From the IMG/VR virus record IMGVR_UViG_3300045988_141214, positions 1 through 41,533 of that record: a DNA stretch of 41,533 bases; one strand, 5' to 3'. Under the pieces are notes generated by a model, which searched no databases, was not told the origin of the DNA, and saw only the letters and a program-made list of their open reading frames with translations. Made by a program: the position numbers and the translations under genes. Shown here in pieces: positions 31,180 through 40,174 of the stretch. The first letter of the stretch is position 1. The number at the start of each line of letters is the position of its first letter. The DNA is from a virus.

Positions 31180-31974
31180 TCACCCGACCAGCAGGCGTTT
31201 GACGCCGTAGCGGGAGATGACCGCGTTGACCTCAGGGAGCGAGGTCGCGGCACCGCCGACACCTGCGAGGACGTAGTTGACCACGCCCGCCTCGGTGCTC
31301 ATGGACGACGCGTTCTCGGGACCCGCCTTCGGGGCGAGGAAGTAGGACGCGAGGGCCACCACGGCGTCCCTCATCTCGGATGGCGTCGGGTTCAGGCCCA
31401 TGACGAGAGCCACCTCGGCGAACTCGCCGACAGGGACGCCGATGACGTCGAGCGACACCTCTGTTGCCTTGCGGACCGTGAGGATGCTGCCGTCCTGGCC
31501 AGTGGCCCGCACGGGGGCGATGATGTCGGTGGCCATGCGGCCATCCACGAACGGGACGCTCATGTTCGAGCAGTTCGGGCGGTCCACTACGCCGACTCGC
31601 ATGACTGGTTGCAGGAAGCGGCCAGCCTCGCGTTCGATGGTCTCGATGGCGCGGGAGCGGGCGGCGACAACAAGCTCGTCAACCAGCACGTCGTTCTCGT
31701 AGACGTCTGAGCGGTAGCCCTTGATGTCCTCGACGGTGCAGTAGCTCGAAGCCACAACGTCGAGCTGGGCGGAGACCTTCACGCCACTGAGTTCCCACTC
31801 GACCGTCAGCAGGTCGGGGCAGGACTTGAGGGCAACCTTGCCACCACTCCACGGCTCGGATGAGCCATCGGATGCGTAGTTGACGGTGGCGGCGGACGGC
31901 CCGCCCGCGAGCTCGAGTTCATCGAGCTCGACGAGCGAGCAGCGGAGCCTGGTATTTGGCTCGAGGCGGGTCAT
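31180..31974 (-). CDS. head-tail connector/adaptor-like protein
   Basis: 264-aa ORF. The central YCTVEDIKGY...ELVVAARSRAIETIEREAGRFLQP resembles gp6-type head-tail connector motifs. Its ATG overlaps the capsid gene TAA. Confidence 0.5.
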   Translation of the reverse strand: MTRLEPNTRLRCSLVELDELELAGGPSAATVNYASDGSSEPWSGGKVALKSCPDLLTVEWELSGVKVSAQLDVVASSYCTVEDIKGYRSDVYENDVLVDELVVAARSRAIETIEREAGRFLQPVMRVGVVDRPNCSNMSVPFVDGRMATDIIAPVRATGQDGSILTVRKATEVSLDVIGVPVGEFAEVALVMGLNPTPSEMRDAVVALASYFLAPKAGPENASSMSTEAGVVNYVLAGVGGAATSLPEVNAVISRYGVKRLLVG

Positions 31975-33215
31975 TAGGCCTTGGCCTTGGTGCGGGCCAT
32001 GGCAGCGGCGGCAGCGCCGGGCGTCAGCGTGAGGGCATCCTCGAGGTACACGAAAGACTTCGGACGCTGGACCGTGATGAGGTGCTCGCCCTCGGCCAGA
32101 AGCGTGTACTCGTTGCGGGTAAACTGGTCGTTAATGAAGCCGATGGACAGGGCATCAGCCTCGGAGGTGTACCAGGTGGCGGCGTTGGCGTTGAACATGA
32201 GAGCGCCGTACTTCGGGGTTTCGCCCGGATCGGTGACGAGGTTCACGTCCTCGATGATGGGCATGCCCCAGACCTTGCCATTGATGGTGATGAGCATGTA
32301 GCGCTGGTTGGCGTCCTTCATAAGGTCCAGGTGCTCGGTGACCATCGGGTGGACGCCGAGGTGGGTCGGCATCATGCCGGTGGCCATCCAGGACTTGGTC
32401 TTCATGCGGCGGAAGGAGTCAACGAGGGTGTCGCCAGCGGCGTTGGTGTACTTCTGGATGCCGGTCTTCTTGAGGATGCCCTTCTTGGTGGCGCCGTTGT
32501 CCAGGTTCAGGAGGGCGTCGGCCTCCTTGAGCTTAAGACCGTACATGAGGTCGTTCTTGATGATGGACTCGAGCTGGCCATAGTGGTAGGCGGTGTGCTT
32601 GGAGATGGGCATGTGGTGGGCCAGGGTGAACAGGCTGGCCTCGTCCTTGTCCCAGGCCTCATCGGACTCGGCCTTGACGGTGCCGGGGGTCCACTCGGCG
32701 GCGTTGTTGGTGAAGGACTTCGGGATCATGTACTCCATGTTGGAGTCGGTGGTGCCCTTGGAGATAACGTCGATGATGCCCATCGGCATCTCGATGATGT
32801 TGGACGGCAGGTTGTAGCTGGTCTTCTTGGGGTCGGCGAGCTTGTAGGTCGGGTCGGCAACGTTCATGACCTGCTCGTAGGTGAAGGCCATCTTCTCGCC
32901 ATACTTGTCCATGATGCCCTCGAAGCCATCGCGGGAGCCGAGGAAGGCGTTCACGAAGCTCTCTGCATCGACGGTCTTGGGCTGCGGGGCGGCTGCGATG
33001 ACAGGGACGCCGCCGTCGTTGCGCATCTTCTCCTCGGCGGCGAGGACGTCGGTCAGAATCTCGTTGAGTGCGTCCTTCTTACCCTGGAAGGTCTTGATGG
33101 CGTCGCGGTAAGCGACCTGCTCCTCGCCCTCGGAGGCGTTGAAGGAGTTCTCGGCGGACTTGATCTTCTGATCGAGGTCGAGAAGTTCGTTGTGGATTTC
33201 GATAGAGGATTTCAT
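31974..33215 (-). CDS. major capsid protein, HK97-like
   Basis: The start is trimmed to the ATG at 33215, with AAGGAG 7 nt upstream. The 413-aa product has an N-terminal coiled delta-like region and follows the prohead protease gene. Confidence 0.8.
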   Translation of the reverse strand: MKSSIEIHNELLDLDQKIKSAENSFNASEGEEQVAYRDAIKTFQGKKDALNEILTDVLAAEEKMRNDGGVPVIAAAPQPKTVDAESFVNAFLGSRDGFEGIMDKYGEKMAFTYEQVMNVADPTYKLADPKKTSYNLPSNIIEMPMGIIDVISKGTTDSNMEYMIPKSFTNNAAEWTPGTVKAESDEAWDKDEASLFTLAHHMPISKHTAYHYGQLESIIKNDLMYGLKLKEADALLNLDNGATKKGILKKTGIQKYTNAAGDTLVDSFRRMKTKSWMATGMMPTHLGVHPMVTEHLDLMKDANQRYMLITINGKVWGMPIIEDVNLVTDPGETPKYGALMFNANAATWYTSEADALSIGFINDQFTRNEYTLLAEGEHLITVQRPKSFVYLEDALTLTPGAAAAAMARTKAKA

Positions 33216-33232
33216 GTGCGCTCCTTCGCGCT

Positions 33233-33946
33233 CTAGCCCTCCACCTTTAGGAAGGCACCGTTCACGCACACGACGCGCGAAGCGGCCCCCGCCTCATCCA
33301 CCACGGCCTCCGTGGCAGGTTCGCCTGTGCTGGGGGGCATGGTCGGCTCTACCTCCCCCGCAGGCTCCTCGACCGCGTTTGCGATGCCCTCCGGGGCGTG
33401 TTTGAACTTGCCGAGCATCTTCTCGTCGATGCAGGCGGCGACGGGGTCCGCGTCGCTCATGCGGTCCGCGAACCCGCGCTCGACGGCCTCCTCGGCGGTG
33501 AACCAGGTCTCCTCGTCCATAAGGGCCTCCACCTCGGAGAGCTCCATGCCCGTCTTCTTGACGTACTGGGCGGAGATGGTGCCGCGCAGCTTGTCCAACA
33601 GGTCTGCGGTCTTGCGCATGTCGGAGGCCTCGCCACGGCAGCAGGTATAGGGGTTGTGGATCATGAGCAGCGCGGACGGGCCGATGACAACCTCGTCTGC
33701 GGTCAGCGCGAAGTAGGACGCTGCGGAGGCGGCAAGCCCCTCGATGGACGCGGTGGTGCGGCCCTTGTAGGCGCGCAGGGTCTCGGCCATGGTGTTGGCG
33801 TCGAACACGTCGCCGCCGCCCGAGTTGATGTGGACCGTCACGTCGTCTCCGCCAGCCTCCTTGAGCTGTGCTGCGAAGTCGGATGCGGTCGTGGCCGCGT
33901 CGTCCCAGAAGTCGCCGATGGGGCCGAAAACGTTAATGTCCTTCAT
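33233..33946 (-). CDS. ClpP-like (S14) prohead serine protease
   Basis: 237-aa ORF. INSGGGDVFDA...IEGLAASAASYF...LMIHNP matches the ClpP-family Ser/His region. Confidence 0.85.
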   Translation of the reverse strand: MKDINVFGPIGDFWDDAATTASDFAAQLKEAGGDDVTVHINSGGGDVFDANTMAETLRAYKGRTTASIEGLAASAASYFALTADEVVIGPSALLMIHNPYTCCRGEASDMRKTADLLDKLRGTISAQYVKKTGMELSEVEALMDEETWFTAEEAVERGFADRMSDADPVAACIDEKMLGKFKHAPEGIANAVEEPAGEVEPTMPPSTGEPATEAVVDEAGAASRVVCVNGAFLKVEG

Positions 33947-35408
33947 TTGCGACTATCTCCTCAATGTCGGCTTTGATGTCGTATTTGATGCGGGCCATGG
34001 TGCAGGCGTTGGCATACGGGGTCAGGACGCGCGTGGCGAAGTCCCTGAACTTCTCGGAGTCCCCGCCGTCCCTCAAACGCTCTGCGATGCGGGCGCGCAT
34101 GTCCTCGTGGATAGCGTTCAGAGCGCCGCCGTCCGGGTCCTCGCCCGAGCCGCCCGTGCCATGCCGGGCCTCGGAGGTCGGGTACACGGCCTCGCCACTA
34201 GCGGGGTCCACCGTCGCGTAGGCGGTCGGGCGCAGGAACAGCTCGCCTCCCTCGTAGGGGGGCATGTCCTCCTTTGCGCGGATGTCGTTGGGGCAGTAGA
34301 AGCCGCTGTAGAGGCCGATGCGGTAGCCCTCCATGCGGTCCTTGTAGTTGCCGCGTAGAAGGCCGTTGAGGTCGAACTGCACGTAGGCGTTCTCGATGCC
34401 CGCGTCCCACAGGACGCATGAGAACGCGCGCTCGATCTCTGCACACTCAGGCACGAGGGTCTTGTTGGCGAAGTTGAGGGCACCCTGCTCGATGTTGCTG
34501 TACGTCGCGTTGGACAGGTCGAAGACCTCCTGCGGCGGCACGGACAGGGTGCGGCAGGTCTGTTGCAGGATCCACTTCTCCTGCTCCACGAGGCTCATAT
34601 CGACCATCGTGTAGCCCGTGCTGTGGTACCTCATGCCACGGTCGAAGACGCGCAGCTTGCCAGCGTTGACGATGCCGGAGCCGTCGTCGAGCTGCTTCCT
34701 CAACAGATCCATGCCCTGCTCGTCCATCTTCTGGTCCGTCTCGAGCCAGCCGGGAAAGTGGTTGCCGTTGGTGATGAGCTTCGAGTAGAACTCCTCGATG
34801 TCGATGGACAACCCCAGCTCGCGGGCCGCAAGCTGGGCGAGGCTGACTCCCATGAGGCCATCGTCGTCGAGGATTGGGGACTTCACCCACACGATCTCGC
34901 GGGACAGGTAGTTGCCAGCTGGCGTGAACTTGTCACCAGCGTACTTGAAGACAACACCGCCATCGGGGGTCATGCGGACCTCAGGTTCGCCCGAGAGCGG
35001 CCAGATGGCGACGATACGAGGCCCGGACCACTCGACGCGGGCGAAGGCGTTGCCCTTGGCGTCCTTGGTCATGTCCATCCAGCGAAAGCCCTCCTGGGCC
35101 GTCATGAACGGGTTCCAACGGGTCCTGAGAAGCCTTGAGAGGTCCTTGGCGGTGTAGCCGCCAGCCTCGACCCTCACGCCGCCCTTGCGCTCGTAGACGT
35201 GGACGGGCAGGGACGCAAGCGGCCTCGCCTTGGCAAGCGCGCAAGCGCGGTAGGCGTTTCCGTAGTAGGCCTCGCGGTGGTTGCCGCGCTCGTAGCGAAT
35301 TACCTTGCCGCCCTCGCGGACCTCCATGAAGTCGATGTTGGGCCCGCCTGCGACTGGCACGGGAGAGGTTGGGTGGATTGCGTTATAGATTTTGTTCAAG
35401 AGTCCCAT
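33933..35408 (-). CDS. portal protein (HK97 family)
   Basis: 491-aa ORF with AAGGAG as RBS, lying between the terminase and protease genes. Portal-like motifs are present throughout. Confidence 0.85.
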   Translation of the reverse strand: MGLLNKIYNAIHPTSPVPVAGGPNIDFMEVREGGKVIRYERGNHREAYYGNAYRACALAKARPLASLPVHVYERKGGVRVEAGGYTAKDLSRLLRTRWNPFMTAQEGFRWMDMTKDAKGNAFARVEWSGPRIVAIWPLSGEPEVRMTPDGGVVFKYAGDKFTPAGNYLSREIVWVKSPILDDDGLMGVSLAQLAARELGLSIDIEEFYSKLITNGNHFPGWLETDQKMDEQGMDLLRKQLDDGSGIVNAGKLRVFDRGMRYHSTGYTMVDMSLVEQEKWILQQTCRTLSVPPQEVFDLSNATYSNIEQGALNFANKTLVPECAEIERAFSCVLWDAGIENAYVQFDLNGLLRGNYKDRMEGYRIGLYSGFYCPNDIRAKEDMPPYEGGELFLRPTAYATVDPASGEAVYPTSEARHGTGGSGEDPDGGALNAIHEDMRARIAERLRDGGDSEKFRDFATRVLTPYANACTMARIKYDIKADIEEIVANEGH

Positions 35409-35450
35409 GGCGCTCCTTAATCTCTACAGGCGGCATGGTCTCCCCGACGT

Positions 35451-35480
35451 CCCCCGCAGGAGAGGCGTCACCTGCGGGGG
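35451..35480. other. 10-bp GC hairpin between terL and the portal gene
   Basis: CCCCCGCAGG (35451-35460) pairs with CCTGCGGGGG (35471-35480), with a 10-nt loop and no U-tract. Confidence 0.4.
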
Positions 35481-35546
35481 ATCACTCGGGCGTGGGTGAA
35501 AGGAGGAAAAGCCCCACAGCGGAGATTGTCGGCTGGCACTCCCCCG

Positions 35547-37046
35547 CTACAGGTCGATACTCCACACACTGGGGGTCTCGTCCTCGTTGTTGTCATACGA
35601 GTACATGGCCATGGCCGCTGCGACGGCGGCGTCGATGCGCCTGGTTCCCTGGCCGTGGCGTCCCTTCTCGGAGGCCAGTCGGCGACCGTATGCCTTCGAT
35701 TCGCTGGATACCGCGTTGATGCAGTGCTGGGCGAGGACGGGGGTCTGCGACAGGGCCGCATGGCGCGTCGATATGGTGCGGGCCAGCAGCTCCGAGGCGG
35801 GGCACATGATGGACGGCTGCTGGGGCATCTCGACCAGCTCCATGCCGCGCTCGCGGTCCAGCCAGTTGACGAGGAACTGCATGCGGGCTGGGTCGGTGAC
35901 GATCATCGGGTTGCCGCGCTGCACGGCCAGCTGTTGCAGCACGTCGGCCACCTCGGTCAAGTCGTAGACCTCCATGGGGCCTGGTTTCTCCCAGCACCAC
36001 TCCTTGAAAGCCCATTCCTGCCCCGATGTGCGCTGGGCGGCGACGACAGCCAGGGTGTCGCCCCTCACAGCGCCGTCCACGCCGACGCAGAACCATTGGT
36101 CCATGTTCAGCTCACCGTCCTTGCGCGTGCAGGACTCGACGTCGGCTCGGCGCATGAAAGGCTCCTCAACCTCGTCCATAGGAGTTCGGTTCAGGTAATA
36201 ACGCTCGAAGCCCTTGCCGGGGCGTCCGTCGTCCATCTTGTCGGACTCGTACTGCTCCTCGAGCTCCTCCATGGTGATGCGGCCAGCCGCCGTAATCTTC
36301 TTCCAGCAGCTGCGGTCCTTCGGGTCGTCGCCGTCCGTGATGCCGAGCCAGCACACGAAGGCGTGCTTGTCGCGCTTGAGCTTGCCGTACAGCTCGAAAA
36401 GGAAGCCGTCGCGGCTCGCGCCTGCGGTGGTGATGCCGATGGTGAGCGCGTTCCAGATCTTCGCCTGACCGGAGACGCCAGCCTTCCACACGGCGTCGTC
36501 TCGCCAGACGTGAATCTCATCGCCGATGAGGACGTGGAAGTGCTTGCCCTGGAGCGCGGCCTCCTTGTACGGGTAAACGTGGATTTCCTGGCCCGTGGTG
36601 TCGTTCCTGATGACGTCCTTGTAGATGTGCCACGCCTCGGACAGCTGCCTGTTGACGCGGATGATGGTCTTGATGTAGTTCTGGACCATCACCGTGTTCT
36701 CCTTGGAGTCGGCGACGATGCCGTACTGGCCGTTGGGCAGCGGCTCCATGGTGGCGATGGTCAGCACCATGACGGCGGCGAGCTGCGATTTGCCGAAGCC
36801 TCGGTGGACGCCGACGAGGACGCGGCGGAAGCGGCGGCGGAACCTGCCCGTGCGCTTGTCGATGGTGCCCGTGCCGAAGATGGGACGCCAGATGTTCTTC
36901 ATCAGCCAGTCGGAGACCTCGTAGGGCTCTCCGCACAGCTCCGACTCGCCCGCGTAGGTGAGGAAGCCCTCGGCGAACAGCCTTGCCCGCTCTACCTGCC
37001 GCTCCCCTTCTGCGGACATGCGCCCGCACGGTGTCCTGTAACTCAT
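35547..37046 (-). CDS. terL: terminase large subunit
   Basis: 499-aa ORF with Walker-A-like VGVHRGFGKSQ, ATPase and nuclease halves, and a 4-nt overlap with terS. Confidence 0.85.
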   Translation of the reverse strand: MSYRTPCGRMSAEGERQVERARLFAEGFLTYAGESELCGEPYEVSDWLMKNIWRPIFGTGTIDKRTGRFRRRFRRVLVGVHRGFGKSQLAAVMVLTIATMEPLPNGQYGIVADSKENTVMVQNYIKTIIRVNRQLSEAWHIYKDVIRNDTTGQEIHVYPYKEAALQGKHFHVLIGDEIHVWRDDAVWKAGVSGQAKIWNALTIGITTAGASRDGFLFELYGKLKRDKHAFVCWLGITDGDDPKDRSCWKKITAAGRITMEELEEQYESDKMDDGRPGKGFERYYLNRTPMDEVEEPFMRRADVESCTRKDGELNMDQWFCVGVDGAVRGDTLAVVAAQRTSGQEWAFKEWCWEKPGPMEVYDLTEVADVLQQLAVQRGNPMIVTDPARMQFLVNWLDRERGMELVEMPQQPSIMCPASELLARTISTRHAALSQTPVLAQHCINAVSSESKAYGRRLASEKGRHGQGTRRIDAAVAAAMAMYSYDNNEDETPSVWSIDL

Positions 37047-37543
37047 CGTCCCCTCTTTTCCATGAGGGCGTCGATGGTCTCGGCGATGGATAGCGTTGCG
37101 GCCTTGCCAGCTGCTTGCGTGAGGCCCAGGCGGGCGCGGGCCATCGGGGATAGGCCCAGCTGGTCGGCCAGCTTCAGGCCCTCCGTCATGGCCTCACGCA
37201 TCTGCTTGAGATAGGGGTTCGGTATGAACTTCAGGTACTCACCCGTGTCGGGGTCTGGCTCCCCAACTGGGATCATCAGCTTCATCTGGCCGTCAGCGCC
37301 CATGACGCGGGCGCGGCACTGCTCGACCGTCTCGAAGTCCCACACCAGCTGCTCGATGAGCGGTATGTCGCGCTCCTCGTAGGCTATTCCAGAGCCGACG
37401 AGCGAGGACCACAGCTCGGCCATGTGCGGGTGGGCGAGGACGGTCTCGGGAGGTGTCAGGGAACTGGCCTCTACGGTCTCGGGGATGATTACCGCCTTGT
37501 CCTTGGTGCGCCTGATTGCGTGCGCGTCTGGCATGCGACCCAT
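37043..37543 (-). CDS. terS: terminase small subunit (P27 family)
   Basis: The start is trimmed to the ATG at 37543 (TAATG overlap). ...PYLKQMREAMTEGLKLADQLGLSPMARARLG is the P27-family signature. Confidence 0.75.
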   Translation of the reverse strand: MGRMPDAHAIRRTKDKAVIIPETVEASSLTPPETVLAHPHMAELWSSLVGSGIAYEERDIPLIEQLVWDFETVEQCRARVMGADGQMKLMIPVGEPDPDTGEYLKFIPNPYLKQMREAMTEGLKLADQLGLSPMARARLGLTQAAGKAATLSIAETIDALMEKRGR

Positions 37544-37857
37544 TACAGGCCCACTTCCGCCAGCACTTGCGCGAGGTTGGCGGCAAGCACCTCGCACAGC
37601 AGCCTGTACTCCTTCGGGCCGCACTGGGACATGGCGTCGAGCGTCGCAACGCCGCCCTTGATCTGGGACAGCGCAAGAACGAGGTGCTTGGACCCCAGGC
37701 TCTTGCCGCCCTCGACAACCTCCATGTTCAGCTCTGGCAGGGCTATCTTTGTTTTACGCGCCCGATAGTGCGCTTGCTTGCACTTCTGGCTGCAAAAGAC
37801 GGCCCTCTTGGTCTTAGACTCGAACTTCTGGCCGCACCAACCGCATTTCTTCTCCAT
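37543..37857 (-). CDS. Zn-finger protein upstream of the terminase genes
   Basis: 104-aa ORF. The N-terminus reads CGWCG...FCSQKCKQAHYR. It is the first gene of the late operon. Confidence 0.55.
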   Translation of the reverse strand: MEKKCGWCGQKFESKTKRAVFCSQKCKQAHYRARKTKIALPELNMEVVEGGKSLGSKHLVLALSQIKGGVATLDAMSQCGPKEYRLLCEVLAANLAQVLAEVGL

Positions 37858-38181
37858 GCGCCACCTCCGTGGCGGGCATGGTCACGCGGGTCTCCCCCGT
37901 TGCGTAACACGTTCAGTAACGGTTCCGTAACGCGGGTCTCATTTTTTCGTACCGGTAAAAAAATCAGGGGGCGCCGCTGGGTACGGGTGGCGGGGTTTCG
38001 TGAATTTACCCCCTCCCCCCCCTGGCCTCGCGGTCTGGGCAGTCGCCGCGCGCTCACGCCGCGCGCTCACGTCGCATGTATATACGCGCGCGCATACACG
38101 CGCGTTTTATCGCGCGCATATCCGCGCGGTCCCCTTGCTCGAAGCGCCTACGATCTGCCGAGGCGCGGCGCTCGCCTGTAT
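37858..38181. promoter_or_regulatory. structured non-coding region upstream of the late/packaging operon (cos/pac and/or late promoter candidate)
   Basis: ACGCGGGTCTC occurs twice (37884-37894, 37930-37940). There are three phased GTAAC motifs. An AT palindrome reads ATTTTTTCGTACCGGTAAAAAAAT (37941-37964). A C8 run lies at 38015-38022, within CCCCCTCCCCCCCC (38009-38022). The tandem GCCGCGCGCTCAC occurs twice (38045-38070). Alternating (CG)n/AT blocks run from 38076 to 38130. Confidence 0.5.
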
Positions 38182-38424
38182 CTAGTCGGCAGCGCGGCGC
38201 GGAGGCGTCACAGTGGCCACGACTGCGCCGGTCTCGCGGTCCACGATACAGACGTCGCATCCGGCCACGTCTGCCACGTCGGCCACGGTCGCAATCGATG
38301 GTGTGCGCTTCTTGGACTTGACGACTGACGCCCAAGACTTGGCGCGGCCAAGCTCAAGGCTCACGGCCTCCTGTGACTTGTCGCAGCGGTCAAGCATTGC
38401 GCCAATTAGCTCGTTTACCTGCAT
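38182..38424 (-). CDS. XRE-like HTH regulator
   Basis: 80-aa ORF. SQEAVSLELGRAKSWASVV is HTH-like. AAGGAGG is the RBS. It is divergent from the rightward gene block. Confidence 0.5.
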   Translation of the reverse strand: MQVNELIGAMLDRCDKSQEAVSLELGRAKSWASVVKSKKRTPSIATVADVADVAGCDVCIVDRETGAVVATVTPPRRAAD

Positions 38425-38449
38425 TTTTATACCTCCTTATAGTCAATCA

Positions 38450-38455
38450 ATTATA
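38450..38455 (-). promoter_or_regulatory. -10 box (TATAAT on the - strand) for the 38182-38424 regulator
   Basis: The - strand reads ...GTTAGAGGTTACAATCGCTGT TATAAT TGATTGACTATAAGGAGG.... The -35 position coincides with copy 1 of the 16-bp repeat. Confidence 0.4.
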
Positions 38456-38471
38456 ACAGCGATTGTAACCT

Positions 38472-38537
38472 CTAACGTTCGTTTGTGTAGGTTATATGCA
38501 GAACTCTAGTTGTCGTTAGTGCTAACGTTCGCTTGTG
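38472..38537 (+). repeat. two 16-bp direct repeats CTAACGTTCG(T/C)TTGTG (operator candidates)
   Basis: The copies lie at 38472-38487 and 38522-38537, match at 15 of 16 positions and are spaced 50 bp apart in a divergent intergenic region. Confidence 0.6.
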
Positions 38538-38580
38538 CAACACTGATGCCACGCAACGAGACGACGCAAGGAGGCATGAC

Positions 38581-39219
38581 ATGGCAGGGCACAGCAACCA
38601 CGCACAGAACGCCGCCGCATGGGCTGCAATGCGCGCCGAGCAGGCCGCTGCCATGGAACAGCGCCGCGCAGAGCGCGCAGCCGAGAAGGCAGCTCGCCGC
38701 GAGGCCAACCGGGCCGCGTGGTGGGGCCGTTACGGCCTCGAGGCCCCAGGCGCCGAGCAGGCCGCTCCGGTCGAGCAGGCCGCCGAGGCTCCCGAGGCGC
38801 TCGAGGTCCCCCGCTGCAAGGTCGACCAGGTGGCACCGGAGGAGTGGCACGTGACCACGTCCGACGGCACTGGCTACACGGTCGAGAACGCCGGATACAT
38901 CGTGACCATCGAGGGCGAGGCCTACACGGTCCCGACCCTGGACGCGGCGCGCGAGCTAGTCGAGCTTGCCGAGGAGACCAGGCGCGATGAGGCCGACGCG
39001 GTGGCCGTGTTCGTGGACGGCATGCGCCTCGAGTGCGGCCAGGTCGTCTACACAATCGAGCATGCGACGGCCTCCGAGGTGCGAGTGCGCACGGAGGCGG
39101 CGGGGGCGGTCAAGCGCCAGACGCTTAAGCTCCGCCGAGGGCCGCGCGGGCAGTTCGTCAAGCTGCACGCCAATAGCAAGGCCGAGAGGACCATCTATGC
39201 GGCGGACCTCGCCGCCTAA
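38581..39219 (+). CDS. hypothetical protein (Ala/Glu/Arg-rich N-terminus)
   Basis: The start is trimmed to the ATG at 38581, with AAGGAGG 9 nt upstream. The product is 212 aa. Confidence 0.55.
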   Translation: MAGHSNHAQNAAAWAAMRAEQAAAMEQRRAERAAEKAARREANRAAWWGRYGLEAPGAEQAAPVEQAAEAPEALEVPRCKVDQVAPEEWHVTTSDGTGYTVENAGYIVTIEGEAYTVPTLDAARELVELAEETRRDEADAVAVFVDGMRLECGQVVYTIEHATASEVRVRTEAAGAVKRQTLKLRRGPRGQFVKLHANSKAERTIYAADLAA

Positions 39220-39234
39220 CCGAAGGGAGAAGCC

Positions 39235-39459
39235 ATGCGTTACCAGCTTTATGAGCGCGGGCTGCTCAAGTCCGCAAGGGGCGCGACTGAGCGCGGGCCG
39301 CTCATGCAGTCCAACAACTTGACCGAAACGGTAGAAGCCTTGTGGGAGCTGTACGAGTGGGGCCTTACGGGCTTCGTGCTCGACACCAAGACAGGCAAGG
39401 CGACCGAAGCGCTGTACGAGCCTGACGAGGGCGAGAGCTTCGACTGGTTCGACCTGTAG
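39235..39459 (+). CDS. hypothetical protein
   Basis: 74-aa ORF with GGGAGAAGCC upstream. Confidence 0.5.
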   Translation: MRYQLYERGLLKSARGATERGPLMQSNNLTETVEALWELYEWGLTGFVLDTKTGKATEALYEPDEGESFDWFDL

Positions 39460-39529
39460 GAATTGTATTTAAACAAGCACGGCCCCGGAGCTGGAACCCC
39501 CGAGGCCGCAAGGTCAAGTCAGAAGGGAA

Positions 39530-39925
39530 ATGACCATGGACAAGAATATCATCATCGCCAAACTGCGCAACCGCAACGACCGCTCCCAGTGGGACAAGGG
39601 CGTTACCGCCCAGGCAATCGACATGCTCGAGGGCATGGAGCACGTCCACGACTTACCGCAAGGCTCCGAGCTCGAGACGCTTCTGCTCGACAACGCGGGC
39701 GACTGGTACCACTACTCGAACGGCAACGCCCTCATCTCCAACTACGACATTGCTCACCGCTATATGACGCCCTCTGAGCTCAAGCGCTACAACGCGCCCG
39801 GGCACGCCGCGAGCATGGGCTTCTGCGGCGAGTCGCTGCTTGAGCTTCAGGCCAGGGCTTGCAATCAGGCCTATATGCGCATCCGCAAGACCATCGGCCA
39901 GTACCGCTATCTGGAGGACCGCTAA
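39530..39925 (+). CDS. hypothetical protein
   Basis: 131-aa ORF with GAAGGGAAATGACC upstream. Confidence 0.55.
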   Translation: MTMDKNIIIAKLRNRNDRSQWDKGVTAQAIDMLEGMEHVHDLPQGSELETLLLDNAGDWYHYSNGNALISNYDIAHRYMTPSELKRYNAPGHAASMGFCGESLLELQARACNQAYMRIRKTIGQYRYLEDR

Positions 39926-40122
39926 TGCGCGCCCTGAAGCTCATCGCCCTGGCCGTCCTCATGCTCGCCATCTGCCACGCGACGTCCGAGATCCACGACG
40001 CCCGAGTCTCCGCAGACCTCGCCCGGATCCGGGAGCAGCGCGAGGCCCAGCGCCTCGAGGCCGTGCAGGCCATCCGCGAGACCGAAGACGTCGAACTCAA
40101 GCGCCTGGGCCTCACCGACTAG
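39925..40122 (+). CDS. small membrane/secreted protein
   Basis: The start is trimmed to the ATG at 39925 (TAATG overlap). MRALKLIALAVLMLAICHA... is followed by a charged helix. The product is 65 aa. Confidence 0.5.
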   Translation: MRALKLIALAVLMLAICHATSEIHDARVSADLARIREQREAQRLEAVQAIRETEDVELKRLGLTD

Positions 40123-40130
40123 AAACCGAA

Positions 40131-40155
40131 GGCGGGCGGCAGGCCGTCGCCCGCC
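40131..40155 (+). terminator. GC hairpin (weak terminator/attenuator candidate)
   Basis: GGCGGGCG pairs with CGCCCGCC, an 8-bp stem with a 9-nt loop and no U-tract. Confidence 0.25.
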
Positions 40156-40174
40156 CCATCAGAAAGGACCAACC

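Noticed and set aside
35496-37214. 572-aa + strand ORF opposite terL. Similar long ORFs lie opposite real genes: 26863-28518 (+), 23525-24823 (+), 31956-33236 (+), 16550-17272 (+), 6962-7909 (+) and 10419-11480 (+).
   Set aside because: These are typical high-GC antisense shadow ORFs. They have Arg/Gly/Ala/Val/Leu/Asp-rich low-complexity sequence, no RBS and no motifs, and each lies fully opposite a gene with clear family signatures.
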